DNA from: Candidatus Pacearchaeota archaeon | GTDB taxonomy: Archaea > Nanobdellota > Nanobdellia > Pacearchaeales > GW2011-AR1 | Length of the DNA: 63,790 nt | Direction: 5' to 3' | NCBI GenBank assembly: GCA_026395815.1 | Contig: JAPLXZ010000002.1 | Coordinates: forward strand, 1-63,790 | Shown: piece by piece, positions 28,097-37,028 of the stretch | How positions within the stretch are numbered: the first letter of the stretch is position 1 | Layout: each line of letters opens with the position of its first letter | Notes under the pieces: generated by a model | Seen by the model: only the letters and a program-made list of their open reading frames with translations | Database searches by the model: none | What the model was told of the DNA's origin: nothing | Made by a program: the position numbers and the translations under genes

Positions 28097-29077
28097 TTAG
28101 AACGCATGAACTATGTAAGAAAGAAGCAATCCAAGGAAAATTCCTCCTGTTATAAAAGGCATTGCAGGATAAAATTTCTTTTTTTCAGAAATTGAAAACA
28201 AGAAAGCCAAGCCAAGAGTTGCTCCTGTAATTACGAATAACGCAGGAATAATTCCTCCTGTGAATAATTGAATATTTGTAAAAGGTATGAATATTTTGTC
28301 AGCCATTAAAACAACTCCTGCAGTTATTATAGGGAAAACCACATCTCCTCCTCCAAGAATTGCCAGATTTACTTTTATGTTTTTATTCCCTTTATTTTTT
28401 CCTTTCATTTTTTTCATTCTTTTCATTTGCATTCTTAATTTTTTTGAAATATAAGGGACAAAAAATCCAGAAAAGATTTTTAATTCATTTATCTGGAATT
28501 TCGCCATCTTTTGCATTATTCCTGAATGCCAAACTGCCCACATGTCATAGATGGAGATTAATACTAACAAAGCCATTACTGTCCAAAAGTTCAAGATTGG
28601 AACAAAGACAGATGCTATTCCTGGATAGATAAACAATTCTGTTAAATTATGAACTACAAAATTTCTTTGGTATATTTTTACAAAGGCAAGAGCAATAGCC
28701 ACGAATAGAGCAATAATTGTGAACACCAATCTTTTTGGCAAGATAGCAGAAAGAGAAATGAATAATGCGAGAATAACCACAAGAAAAAACCAAGTCCTTA
28801 ATATAAAACTTATTTTGAATCTTGTAAGCAAGAATAACAAGCCAATTGCAAATACAAATGCAATGATTATTGAGCCGAAATACAGATTAAAATCAGATTG
28901 TTCTTTAATTTCAGGAGGTTCAATCCATGAAAGCGCTGGATTTGAAACTTTTTGAATTGTTCCATTGATTTCTTTTTCTATATGGAAAGGGTCTGCTTTG
29001 ATGACATACAAGCCAATAAATTGTGTGACGACGAACATTGCCAGCAAAATAAACGTAATTCTCAAATTGTGCTTCAT
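28097..29077 (-). CDS. Presenilin/signal-peptide-peptidase family intramembrane aspartyl protease (A22)
   Basis: YD (ISIYDMWAV), LGGGD, PAMP (PAL-like) motifs; about 9 TMs. Confidence 0.92.
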   Translation of the reverse strand: MKHNLRITFILLAMFVVTQFIGLYVIKADPFHIEKEINGTIQKVSNPALSWIEPPEIKEQSDFNLYFGSIIIAFVFAIGLLFLLTRFKISFILRTWFFLVVILALFISLSAILPKRLVFTIIALFVAIALAFVKIYQRNFVVHNLTELFIYPGIASVFVPILNFWTVMALLVLISIYDMWAVWHSGIMQKMAKFQINELKIFSGFFVPYISKKLRMQMKRMKKMKGKNKGNKNIKVNLAILGGGDVVFPIITAGVVLMADKIFIPFTNIQLFTGGIIPALFVITGATLGLAFLFSISEKKKFYPAMPFITGGIFLGLLLSYIVHAF

Positions 29078-29181
29078 TTTTATCCTCTTTTAATGTATAT
29101 TTATTATAATCAAAAGATGTTTTTAAATCTTGGGAAGATTTATTTGATATGATTTGTTAATGATGAAACGCACTGTTCTTC

Positions 29182-29223
29182 CATTAATTAAACTATCAAT
29201 ATCTTGCGAATGGAATGAGCAAG
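29182..29223 (-). repeat. Diverged copy of dispersed hairpin element downstream of aCPSF1
   Basis: + strand hairpin cttgc-GA-at-GGA-at-GA-gcaag; - strand tail attgatagtttaattaatg matches the tails at 46034 and 56475. Confidence 0.65.
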
Positions 29224-29227
29224 TGAT

Positions 29228-30976
29228 TTATGAGGGTGGGCGGGTGGGGCTAACGTTTCTTCCTGCATGTGCGCTGAATCCTGTGATTGTCTCTACTTCC
29301 ATTTCCACTTTTATTATTTCTTCCCTGTTTTCCACAAGCATTCTTGTTTCTTTTATTCCATCTTGCACCTGCCTTCCTAAGCTTCCCATTCCTTGGTAAC
29401 AAACGAAGATTATGCAGTTGTCTTTATTGCTTGCAAATTCCCTGAAATATTCCACGCTTGCTCCTCCGACAAGCATACCACTCGTAGCAAGAACAATGCA
29501 TGGGCCACCTTCAATAACATTCTTTCTTTCTTGGGGCGAGCCTACTCTTGAAAAATATTCAGAAACAAACGGATTCTTGTCTTGGAATACATCTGACCTT
29601 ACTTTATTGCTTAAAAAATCAGGATATGCTGTGTGAATTGCATTGATGTCCCAAATCATTCCGTCTATGTAAATCGGAACGGGTTTTAAAGCTCCTGAAC
29701 TCATAGCATCTTCCAAAATCAGCATTGTTTCTTGAGCTCTTCCTAATCCTAATTCTGGAATCAGAACTTTTCCTTTTCTTTCAATTGTTTTTCTCACTAT
29801 TTCAATAAATTTGTCTTCGGTTTCTTTTCTTGGAGGGAATGAATCGAGTTTTGAGCCGTAAGTTGATTCTGTTATCACCGATTCTACTCTTGGGAATGAT
29901 GCTACAGCAGGTTCTAATAGCCTTGATCTTCCGTATTTGTAATCTCCTGTGTAAAGAAGATTATGCAAACCATTTCCTATGTTCAAATGAACTAAGGCTC
30001 CTCCTAATACATGCCCTGAATTGTAAAATGTAAGCCTTATGTCAGGAGTAACATCAGTCACTTCATTGTAATTCAGGCAAATACTATGCTTTACCATTTC
30101 CTTGATGTCTGTAGAATCAAAAAGGGGTTTTGAAGCCTGCTTGTATGCAACTCCTATGAAATCCAAAGCAAGCAAAGCAGCAATGTCTCTTGAAGGAGGA
30201 GTCATGTATACAGGACCTTTGTAACCCATTTTATACAAGTATGGCAAAAGTCCTACGTGATCTAAGTGAGCATGGCTTATTATAATAGCGTCCAACTGAT
30301 CTAAACTGAATTCAGGGATATTCAAATAAGGAAATTTTTCTGAATTTTGAGCAGCTACATCAATTCCACAATCAAGCAGAATTTTTGAAACAGGGGTTTG
30401 CAATAAAATGCAGCTTCTTCCTACTTGCCTTGCTCCTCCTAAGAAAGTTAATCTTACCCACTCGTCGACTTTTTCAGGATTCCATTCCTTGTATATTTTT
30501 TTTCCAATTTCATTAAGAAATTTTCTTCTGTAATTGTTGTTAGCATACAAAACTTCCCTTATGTTTTCTGTTATTTTGCTTTTTATTACAGAAGAACGTT
30601 GCACTTGGGGTGTCCAAAGAGTAGTTTGCTTTATCTCTTCCAAAACACTTCCTTGCTTTCCAATCACCATTCCTGGCTTCTTGGCTTCTATAACAACAAT
30701 GCTTCTTTGAATGTCAAATATTATATCAGTTATTTCTGCGTCTTGGGGAACAATTTTTCTTATTTCTGCGTCTGTTTTCTCTTTTTCAAGAAGAATTTTT
30801 TGGTCTGCTCTTAATTCTATCCTTTTTTTTATCTGGTCTACTATGCTTTTTATCTTTCCTTCCCCTTCCTTGAAGAATTTTATATTTTCAGTGTACAAAA
30901 CGATATTAGCGCCTTCAAAAGTTGCCTCTGTTACATCGCCGTGTAACTGATCGGTTATATTCTTTAAGATATCCAT
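29228..30976 (-). CDS. Beta-CASP ribonuclease aCPSF1 (FttA), apparently C-terminally truncated
   Basis: KH domains (KPGMVIGKQG), HAHLDH, GHVLG, TGD, ESTYG, GFSAHAG, then unrelated NVSPTRPPS*; no HGE motif C. Confidence 0.9.
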   Translation of the reverse strand: MDILKNITDQLHGDVTEATFEGANIVLYTENIKFFKEGEGKIKSIVDQIKKRIELRADQKILLEKEKTDAEIRKIVPQDAEITDIIFDIQRSIVVIEAKKPGMVIGKQGSVLEEIKQTTLWTPQVQRSSVIKSKITENIREVLYANNNYRRKFLNEIGKKIYKEWNPEKVDEWVRLTFLGGARQVGRSCILLQTPVSKILLDCGIDVAAQNSEKFPYLNIPEFSLDQLDAIIISHAHLDHVGLLPYLYKMGYKGPVYMTPPSRDIAALLALDFIGVAYKQASKPLFDSTDIKEMVKHSICLNYNEVTDVTPDIRLTFYNSGHVLGGALVHLNIGNGLHNLLYTGDYKYGRSRLLEPAVASFPRVESVITESTYGSKLDSFPPRKETEDKFIEIVRKTIERKGKVLIPELGLGRAQETMLILEDAMSSGALKPVPIYIDGMIWDINAIHTAYPDFLSNKVRSDVFQDKNPFVSEYFSRVGSPQERKNVIEGGPCIVLATSGMLVGGASVEYFREFASNKDNCIIFVCYQGMGSLGRQVQDGIKETRMLVENREEIIKVEMEVETITGFSAHAGRNVSPTRPPS

Positions 30977-31010
30977 TTTAAATTATTACTTTTAAAAATT
31001 AAAAAACATT

Positions 31011-31670
31011 TTAGTCTTCTTTGTAGTTTGGCTGAATTTCCTGTGACACCACTTTTTTTATTCCACCTTTAGTTATAGTGAAAACATCAATTCCAAAACC
31101 GCTTCCAAGGTCTCTTTGAGTTGAAGATTTTATAGCTTCAACTGCAAGCTTTACCCCATCTTCAATACTAAGATTTTTTTTGTATTGTCTTTCTAACAAA
31201 CCAAGAACATAAGGCATTCCGCTTCCAAAATTAGCGTCGTAATCTTCTACTTTTATAACGCTTCCTGCTGGTTCTATAGAATATAATTCTACTGTTCCGT
31301 CTTCATTAAATCCCGCAACTAAACTTCCCATTTGAGTAGGAATCATTGAAGGCTGTCTTATTCCAGAATAGAGTATTGATGACAATAAATTAGCAGCGTC
31401 TTTTACACTTGGTCTTGATTTTGCCCTTAATTCTTTTAATTTTAATTCTGCTGCAACTATCTTTTCTGTTCTTTGAATGTCTGACACCATTCCTGTTCCA
31501 GAAATAAGAAGATAATCATTTAGTTTTTTAGTTTTTTCAGAATTCTTGTTCATTACCATATTCCCTGCAGTACTCTGCCTGTCAGAAGCCATGACAACTC
31601 CGTCTTTGCAGACAATTCCCAAGACAGTTGTGCCGGTTTTCAAAACCGAATTTTTTAATTCAGTATCCAT
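31011..31670 (-). CDS. psmB: Proteasome beta subunit
   Basis: Propeptide LKTG|TTVLGIVCKDGVVMASD, GSG, QRDLGSG; ATG at 31670. Confidence 0.95.
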   Translation of the reverse strand: MDTELKNSVLKTGTTVLGIVCKDGVVMASDRQSTAGNMVMNKNSEKTKKLNDYLLISGTGMVSDIQRTEKIVAAELKLKELRAKSRPSVKDAANLLSSILYSGIRQPSMIPTQMGSLVAGFNEDGTVELYSIEPAGSVIKVEDYDANFGSGMPYVLGLLERQYKKNLSIEDGVKLAVEAIKSSTQRDLGSGFGIDVFTITKGGIKKVVSQEIQPNYKED

Positions 31671-31758
31671 CTTAATATTATAGAACAATTATTTCTATTT
31701 TTTAAGAGAATTAAGGTTTATAAGTTTTGCGGATAATGGAAAAACTTTGTGTACTATC

Positions 31759-32214
31759 CTATTTACCATCTCCCTTTGCCTTCTTTTCTAAGCCAAGAAA
31801 CTTATGGATATCCGCTCTTCTTGCTTCATCCTGAAGAAGGCGATACATGCCAAGGAACATTGCCTTTGTGAACCCCTGTGCTTTTTCAGGATAGAAAAAA
31901 GTAACAGCATCGATGTAACTTAAAAGAACTGGATTTTCCTGTTCAACTTCCTTTCTCCATTCATGGAGCACAAAGTCTCTGACATAATCAAGGATTTTTG
32001 GAAGTTCTATTGAATTCTCTGAGTTGAATAATCCTGCTCCTAATTTGTCAGCTACTTTATTAATGTCAAATGGACCGAATATTTCTTTTTCAAATTCAGT
32101 CATGAAACTTTCAAAAGTCTTTCTTGTTATTATTGGCAGTCCTTCTCTCGTATGCTTGTCATTAGGCTTGTCATCAGAATTCTCTCTTTCAGCTGTCGCA
32201 TATCCTTTAGCCAT
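31759..32214 (-). CDS. Hypothetical protein, paralog 1 of local repeated-domain family
   Basis: GLPIIT..ENPVLLSYI..MYRLLQDEA. Confidence 0.75.
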   Translation of the reverse strand: MAKGYATAERENSDDKPNDKHTREGLPIITRKTFESFMTEFEKEIFGPFDINKVADKLGAGLFNSENSIELPKILDYVRDFVLHEWRKEVEQENPVLLSYIDAVTFFYPEKAQGFTKAMFLGMYRLLQDEARRADIHKFLGLEKKAKGDGK

Positions 32215-32243
32215 ATTAAATTAATATTTTAATTTATTAGAGT

Positions 32244-32678
32244 TTAATGCTCTTGTTTTTCCCCTATTCTAAAATAATCAAAAATATTATTATTAGCTAT
32301 TTGCGATTTTAAGAGGTGATATAATTCTAAAAGAGCTGCACATGTCATGAATTTAAAACAGTCGGGATATACTGAAACAACATGGTTTATAAAATCTGCA
32401 ACTTCTGGATTTTCTTCATCGACATTATCAATCCATTGATTTAGTCTTGTTCTATGGTCTTCTTCTATTATCAAACTTCTTTCTAATTCACTCATAAAAG
32501 CTCTTTTTGTAGAAATAGTTAAGATAGGAAGTCCTTCTGCAGTGTATCTTGGGTCTCCTACATGAGGTATTACAAAGTATGTATCTTTGTTTTCATTTTC
32601 TTTAGCAAGAGCTTCCTCTTTTTCTTCTTCTTTTCTCTCTTCTTCTGTTTCTCCTGCTTCATAGTCTGTTTTATCCAT
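32244..32678 (-). CDS. Hypothetical protein, paralog 2 (acidic N-terminus)
   Basis: GLPILT..ENPEVADFI..LYHLLKSQI. Confidence 0.75.
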   Translation of the reverse strand: MDKTDYEAGETEEERKEEEKEEALAKENENKDTYFVIPHVGDPRYTAEGLPILTISTKRAFMSELERSLIIEEDHRTRLNQWIDNVDEENPEVADFINHVVSVYPDCFKFMTCAALLELYHLLKSQIANNNIFDYFRIGEKQEH

Positions 32679-32768
32679 ACAAAATATAAGATGAAAGAGG
32701 ATTTAAGTTTTATTATTGTAGGACTTAGGGATTTCTATTATAATGTTTAAGTTTTAGAGTGATTGGAT

Positions 32769-33368
32769 TTACAATGGCTCTAAGGTAAGATTAATTTTGT
32801 CTCGAAGCTGAGAGGCTATTTCGTAGTTTTCTGTGAAGATTGCAATGTTCAGGCGTTTTCTTAAATTGGAGGTTAAAGGATATTCCTGAAAATCAAATGG
32901 CACAGAAGGAAATTTTAACGAATTATTTACAGCTTGTTTTTCAAGAAATCTATAGATTGTTACTCCTGCATTCAAAACATCATCTTTCTCTCTTGGAAAT
33001 TGCGAAGAAAAATGATTTACAAAATCAAAAATCCATGGATTATTTTCTTTCAGTGTTTTGCAAAGATGATTTGTATACCTAGAAAAATTAGATTTAGCAA
33101 CTTCTTCTACAATTTCATGGTATGTTTTTGGAGTTACTATAGGAACTGTGTCTGAAACTTCAATGCATCGATATACAAAAGTGCCTGCAGACAAAACTTC
33201 ATATCTCCATTCTGCATAACCAATTAAGAAAGAATGCATTTGAGAATTCTCATCTCCCATGTGGCCAAGGACTTTGTCTAAAAAGTCATCTTGATCATTA
33301 AATTCTTCCTGAACAATATCTCCAAGTTCAGGAGTAATAATCCCTAATAAGCCCCTGCATTCAGACAT
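32769..33368 (-). CDS. Hypothetical protein, paralog 3 (two domain copies plus C-terminal UVR motif)
   Basis: LGIIT..ENS..VYRCIE and VPIVT..NNPWIFDFV..IYRFLEKQA; LRKRLNIAIFTENYEIASQLRDKI is a UvrB/C UVR motif. Confidence 0.75.
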   Translation of the reverse strand: MSECRGLLGIITPELGDIVQEEFNDQDDFLDKVLGHMGDENSQMHSFLIGYAEWRYEVLSAGTFVYRCIEVSDTVPIVTPKTYHEIVEEVAKSNFSRYTNHLCKTLKENNPWIFDFVNHFSSQFPREKDDVLNAGVTIYRFLEKQAVNNSLKFPSVPFDFQEYPLTSNLRKRLNIAIFTENYEIASQLRDKINLTLEPL

Positions 33369-33441
33369 GATGTATATGGAAAATTAGAGTTATTTAAGGA
33401 TTATGATGATTGAATTTAAGTTTTATTATGATTGGATTTTT

Positions 33442-34230
33442 TTAATCCATCAGTATTTTTTCCCAATCTGCTTTAAATGACAAAAGCGAGAGATAAATGC
33501 TGCTTTCTGGATTGGATTGACGAAGCATTTTTAGATTCTTCATAGGATTGTAAATTTCAAGAGGCTTCATTTTTTCTATTCCTACACATTCATAGAGAAG
33601 TTGGATGTTATTAGACATCCAGCAGCCAAGGTTAATAGGAAGATTGTATTTTTTTATTGCTTCAATTGAAGTATCATTCCAAATAACAGGCTGGGTTGTT
33701 ATGAACTTAGCTCCTGCTTCAATCTTTTTCTCGAGTTTTTCAATTTCACTTTTTTGCGGTTCATATTGATTGAATGCCACTCCTGTAATGAATGCGTTTT
33801 GGTAATATTCATTTACATATCTAAGGAGTTCAATAGAAGTGACTGTCTTTGCTTCAATTCCTAATTGGGAGGGTTCTAAACGAGGCAACTTAGGACTGCC
33901 ATCTCCACTAATTATTAAAAGATATTTTAAGCTTTTGTCAGCTGCTTCCTTAAGAAATTTATCCAAATCCTGCTTTCTATGAAATGAATTAAGATGAAGC
34001 AGGGTTTTTTCTGGGTTTAATTTCAAATCTAAATATTCTAGAGTTTCCATGGCTGTAAAATGCAAATTTCCTAAAGGATTGTCTGGAATAGACACCATGC
34101 TTTCAGTTTTATTTCCTAATCCTAAAATTCTCTCATATCTTTCTGCGAATATCTTTAGCTTGCTGTCTATCTTGTCTATGTCTTTCTGCTTTGGAGTAAG
34201 AAGTTCAATGAGGTAGTGTTTGTTGTTCAT
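33442..34230 (-). CDS. Methylenetetrahydrofolate reductase-like flavoprotein
   Basis: VSIPDNP, LLIISGD, GVAFNQY, KKIEAGAKFITTQPV. Confidence 0.8.
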   Translation of the reverse strand: MNNKHYLIELLTPKQKDIDKIDSKLKIFAERYERILGLGNKTESMVSIPDNPLGNLHFTAMETLEYLDLKLNPEKTLLHLNSFHRKQDLDKFLKEAADKSLKYLLIISGDGSPKLPRLEPSQLGIEAKTVTSIELLRYVNEYYQNAFITGVAFNQYEPQKSEIEKLEKKIEAGAKFITTQPVIWNDTSIEAIKKYNLPINLGCWMSNNIQLLYECVGIEKMKPLEIYNPMKNLKMLRQSNPESSIYLSLLSFKADWEKILMD

Positions 34231-34320
34231 CTTTTTTCTATCTTTTCTTATATGCCTACTTTTTTAAAGGTAATTGAAAAGATTAGAAAAGATTAAAAAG
34301 TTTAAAATTTTAGTATAGAT

Positions 34321-34515
34321 ATGAATACTAAAAGAGGAAAGATAGTGTTTACTTTTTTGAGCATCGTAGTAATCGTTGCTTTGGGGTTAACAGTTTATTC
34401 TGTGTATTTAGAAAATTATGTAAATTCGTTTCTGTTTTTAGTTGTTGGAATTCTTCCATTGGGTTATCTTGCAATTAGAAATATTCGGAAGAAAGGGAAG
34501 AAGAAAAGAAAGTAA
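34321..34515 (+). CDS. Small two-TM membrane protein
   Basis: Two hydrophobic helices and a basic tail. Confidence 0.65.
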   Translation: MNTKRGKIVFTFLSIVVIVALGLTVYSVYLENYVNSFLFLVVGILPLGYLAIRNIRKKGKKKRK

Positions 34516-34870
34516 AGGGGAAAGGGTTAAGTTAAATTTTTAAATGCAAAATTACTGAGATTTTAAGAGGCGATATGCCTCAGACTTTATTCTGAGAATA
34601 TTAGAAAATGGAATTGTATAAAAAAATGTCAAAAAATGAATTTTTACTTTTAGTAGTTGTTATTACAATTATTGGTTTCCTGTCTTGGATTACAATTCAG
34701 AGGTTTTTTTAATAAATGAAATATATAAAAATAGTAACTTATTCAGGAAAAGAATTAGAATTATGCGAAAACTGTTTTAAAGAATTAAAAGAACAACTTT
34801 AATTTTTTTTAACAAACAAAAGTGACGAAGATGTTACAATATATGATGATATTATTAGGGGAAAAGAAAA

Positions 34871-35551
34871 TTAATGATCCATTCCATCAGCAAGTTTACA
34901 TCTCCAGCTTTCAGAAAAAATAGAATAAGTTGGTTCATTACAACCGGCTTCTTTTAATCTTCTCTTTCTTTCCAAGTTCCCTAAACCCCCGCGAGTATGT
35001 CCAATTTGACTTGCTATTGTACATACTGAAATTTTAACTGGGGGATTTTTCCCCATGTTCCAATAAGTTGTAATGACTCTTCCGCTTCTGTATGCACAAT
35101 CTCTTGTTGTATCCCGCTTTAACATTTCTTTAAGAATGCTCGCTTTTCCTCTTTCTCTTGCATAATTTGCAAGTTCTCCTGGCACAGAATCCATTTCTCT
35201 CTCAACCTGTCTATCTAGTCTTATCCTGTTTCTGTTTCTTGAATTTGATGATTTCTGCTCTCCAGTTTCCTCTAAGTCTTCTCCATCTAAAATTTCAGAA
35301 AGCCCTGCCAGATTTCCTTCTCCACTTTTTTGCCTTTGAGTATAATCTTTTATTTCTTCCCATCTCTTTTTTAATTCATCTCTAAAGGTTTTATTTCTTG
35401 TTTTCATGTGAGATACTATATATTTAACTTCGTCTCTTACCTTCATATCTGTATGGCTTAATTCGCATACATCTACAGTAATTTCATCATTATATTCGGT
35501 TCCGCATGAGGGACATGTGAATGTTTCTTTATTTCCCATGTCTTTTTTCAT
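34871..35551 (-). CDS. Hypothetical protein with N-terminal C2HC-type Zn finger
   Basis: FTCPSCGTEY..CELSH; additional Cys residues in C-terminal half. Confidence 0.65.
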   Translation of the reverse strand: MKKDMGNKETFTCPSCGTEYNDEITVDVCELSHTDMKVRDEVKYIVSHMKTRNKTFRDELKKRWEEIKDYTQRQKSGEGNLAGLSEILDGEDLEETGEQKSSNSRNRNRIRLDRQVEREMDSVPGELANYARERGKASILKEMLKRDTTRDCAYRSGRVITTYWNMGKNPPVKISVCTIASQIGHTRGGLGNLERKRRLKEAGCNEPTYSIFSESWRCKLADGMDH

Positions 35552-35567
35552 AAAATAACATATTTAA

Positions 35568-35693
35568 ATGTTTGTGTGGAAAAGAAAAAGAATAGACATA
35601 ACTCTCTCAGTAAGCACTATAAGAAAACTTAAAGAATTAAAAGAAAAAACAGGAAAATCAGTTTCACAGATTATTGAAGAGAGAATTAACTAA
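35568..35693 (+). CDS. Ribbon-helix-helix (CopG-like) small protein, absent from ORF track
   Basis: MFVWKRKRIDITLSVSTIRKLKELKEKTGKSVSQIIEERIN*. Confidence 0.6.
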   Translation: MFVWKRKRIDITLSVSTIRKLKELKEKTGKSVSQIIEERIN

Positions 35694-36508
35694 CTACTCA
35701 AAAATCCCCCATCAACCGGCAACATTGCCCCTTGAACATAGGAAGCTAAATCACTCGAGAGAAATAAAATAACCTTAGCAACTTCTTCTGGCTTGCCCCA
35801 TCGTCCCATAGCAAGCCTCTTGTTGAACAAATAACCGACATTAACAAGCTTGAAATCAAGAGTTTGTATTGTCTTTTTTATTAGGCTATTAGTTCCTTCT
35901 GTTCTGATTGCTCCTGGAAGAATTACATTTGCTCGAAATCCTCTTCTTCCATAATCTCTTGTGATAGATCTCGTAAGAGAAATAACTCCTGCCTTGCTTA
36001 TGCTATAAGGAATCGTATCTTCTTTGAAAGGCATAATTGCTTCAATTGAAGAAATATTAACTATTATTCCGTCTCTCTTCTTTCTCTTTATGAAATTCTG
36101 ACACATCCAGAACATCGAGTTAAGATTTACATCCATAATATGTTCCAGAGATTTCTCATCCATCTTTAGATAATCCTGAAAAGGATAGATTCCTGCATTA
36201 TTGACTAAAATATCCGGAATTTTTCCTGTCTCATCAATTTTATCCCATAATTTATCAATTTTCTCTTTTTTTGACAAATCAACAGTGTAAATTTCAACTT
36301 TAGAATCTTTTGCTTTAGAGTTATCTTTATAATTATTTTTTTTAGAACTATCTATTTCTTTTTTTGTCTCATTTAATTCATAAATGTTTTGATCAACCAA
36401 TATTAAATCTGCTCCTGAATTATAGAATAATTTTGCTGTTGCTCTTCCTATTCCGCTTGCAGCTCCTGTTATGAGTGCTCTTTTCTCTAGCAGGGAAATT
36501 TCAATCAT
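35690..36508 (-). CDS. SDR family oxidoreductase
   Basis: TGAASGIG, LVNNAG, NISS, YSISK, GKPEEVA, VDGG. Confidence 0.95.
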   Translation of the reverse strand: MIEISLLEKRALITGAASGIGRATAKLFYNSGADLILVDQNIYELNETKKEIDSSKKNNYKDNSKAKDSKVEIYTVDLSKKEKIDKLWDKIDETGKIPDILVNNAGIYPFQDYLKMDEKSLEHIMDVNLNSMFWMCQNFIKRKKRDGIIVNISSIEAIMPFKEDTIPYSISKAGVISLTRSITRDYGRRGFRANVILPGAIRTEGTNSLIKKTIQTLDFKLVNVGYLFNKRLAMGRWGKPEEVAKVILFLSSDLASYVQGAMLPVDGGFLSS

Positions 36509-36635
36509 ATTATATTAAAAAAAGTGGGATATTTATATTTTTTCATCATCATAATTTTTAAAAAATCTAAATAGCTACTAAAAGGTTAATTGAAAGAGAG
36601 AAAAACTTTTTAAATAAGATAATCTAATATATCTT

Positions 36636-37022
36636 ATGAAAGAGAGGTATTATAAGAAGTTATTTTTGATTTCAGCAATTTATGATATCCTTTTAGGAAT
36701 TGTTTTCACATTTTTTTATAAACCTGTTTTCTCTTTATTGGGTATTCCTCTTCCTGACTTTGCAGGTTACATATCACTAATCGGTGTATTCCTAATTGTT
36801 TTGGGAGTAGGATACTATTATATTTCTAGAGGGGACTTAGCAAAAAATAGGGATTTAATAAAAATTGGTATTTTATACAAGTTTGCTTATTCTTCTGTGG
36901 CATTCTTTTACTTAATATTTGATACTGTCCCTCATCTAATTTTTGTTTGGGTATTTGGAGTAGCTGACCTAATATTTGCAATTTTGTTCATTGAATGCCT
37001 TAAGCACATCAAAAAGAGATAG
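36636..37022 (+). CDS. Four-TM membrane protein
   Basis: Four hydrophobic helices; YD..LG and K..Y residues. Confidence 0.75.
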   Translation: MKERYYKKLFLISAIYDILLGIVFTFFYKPVFSLLGIPLPDFAGYISLIGVFLIVLGVGYYYISRGDLAKNRDLIKIGILYKFAYSSVAFFYLIFDTVPHLIFVWVFGVADLIFAILFIECLKHIKKR

Positions 37023-37028
37023 TTCTTT

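Noticed and set aside
29100-29260. Intron or programmed frameshift restoring the aCPSF1 C-terminus
   Set aside because: Alternative frames give only LAPPAHPHKSLAHSIRKILIV* or immediate stops, with no HGE motif, and there is no room for a second exon before the presenilin gene
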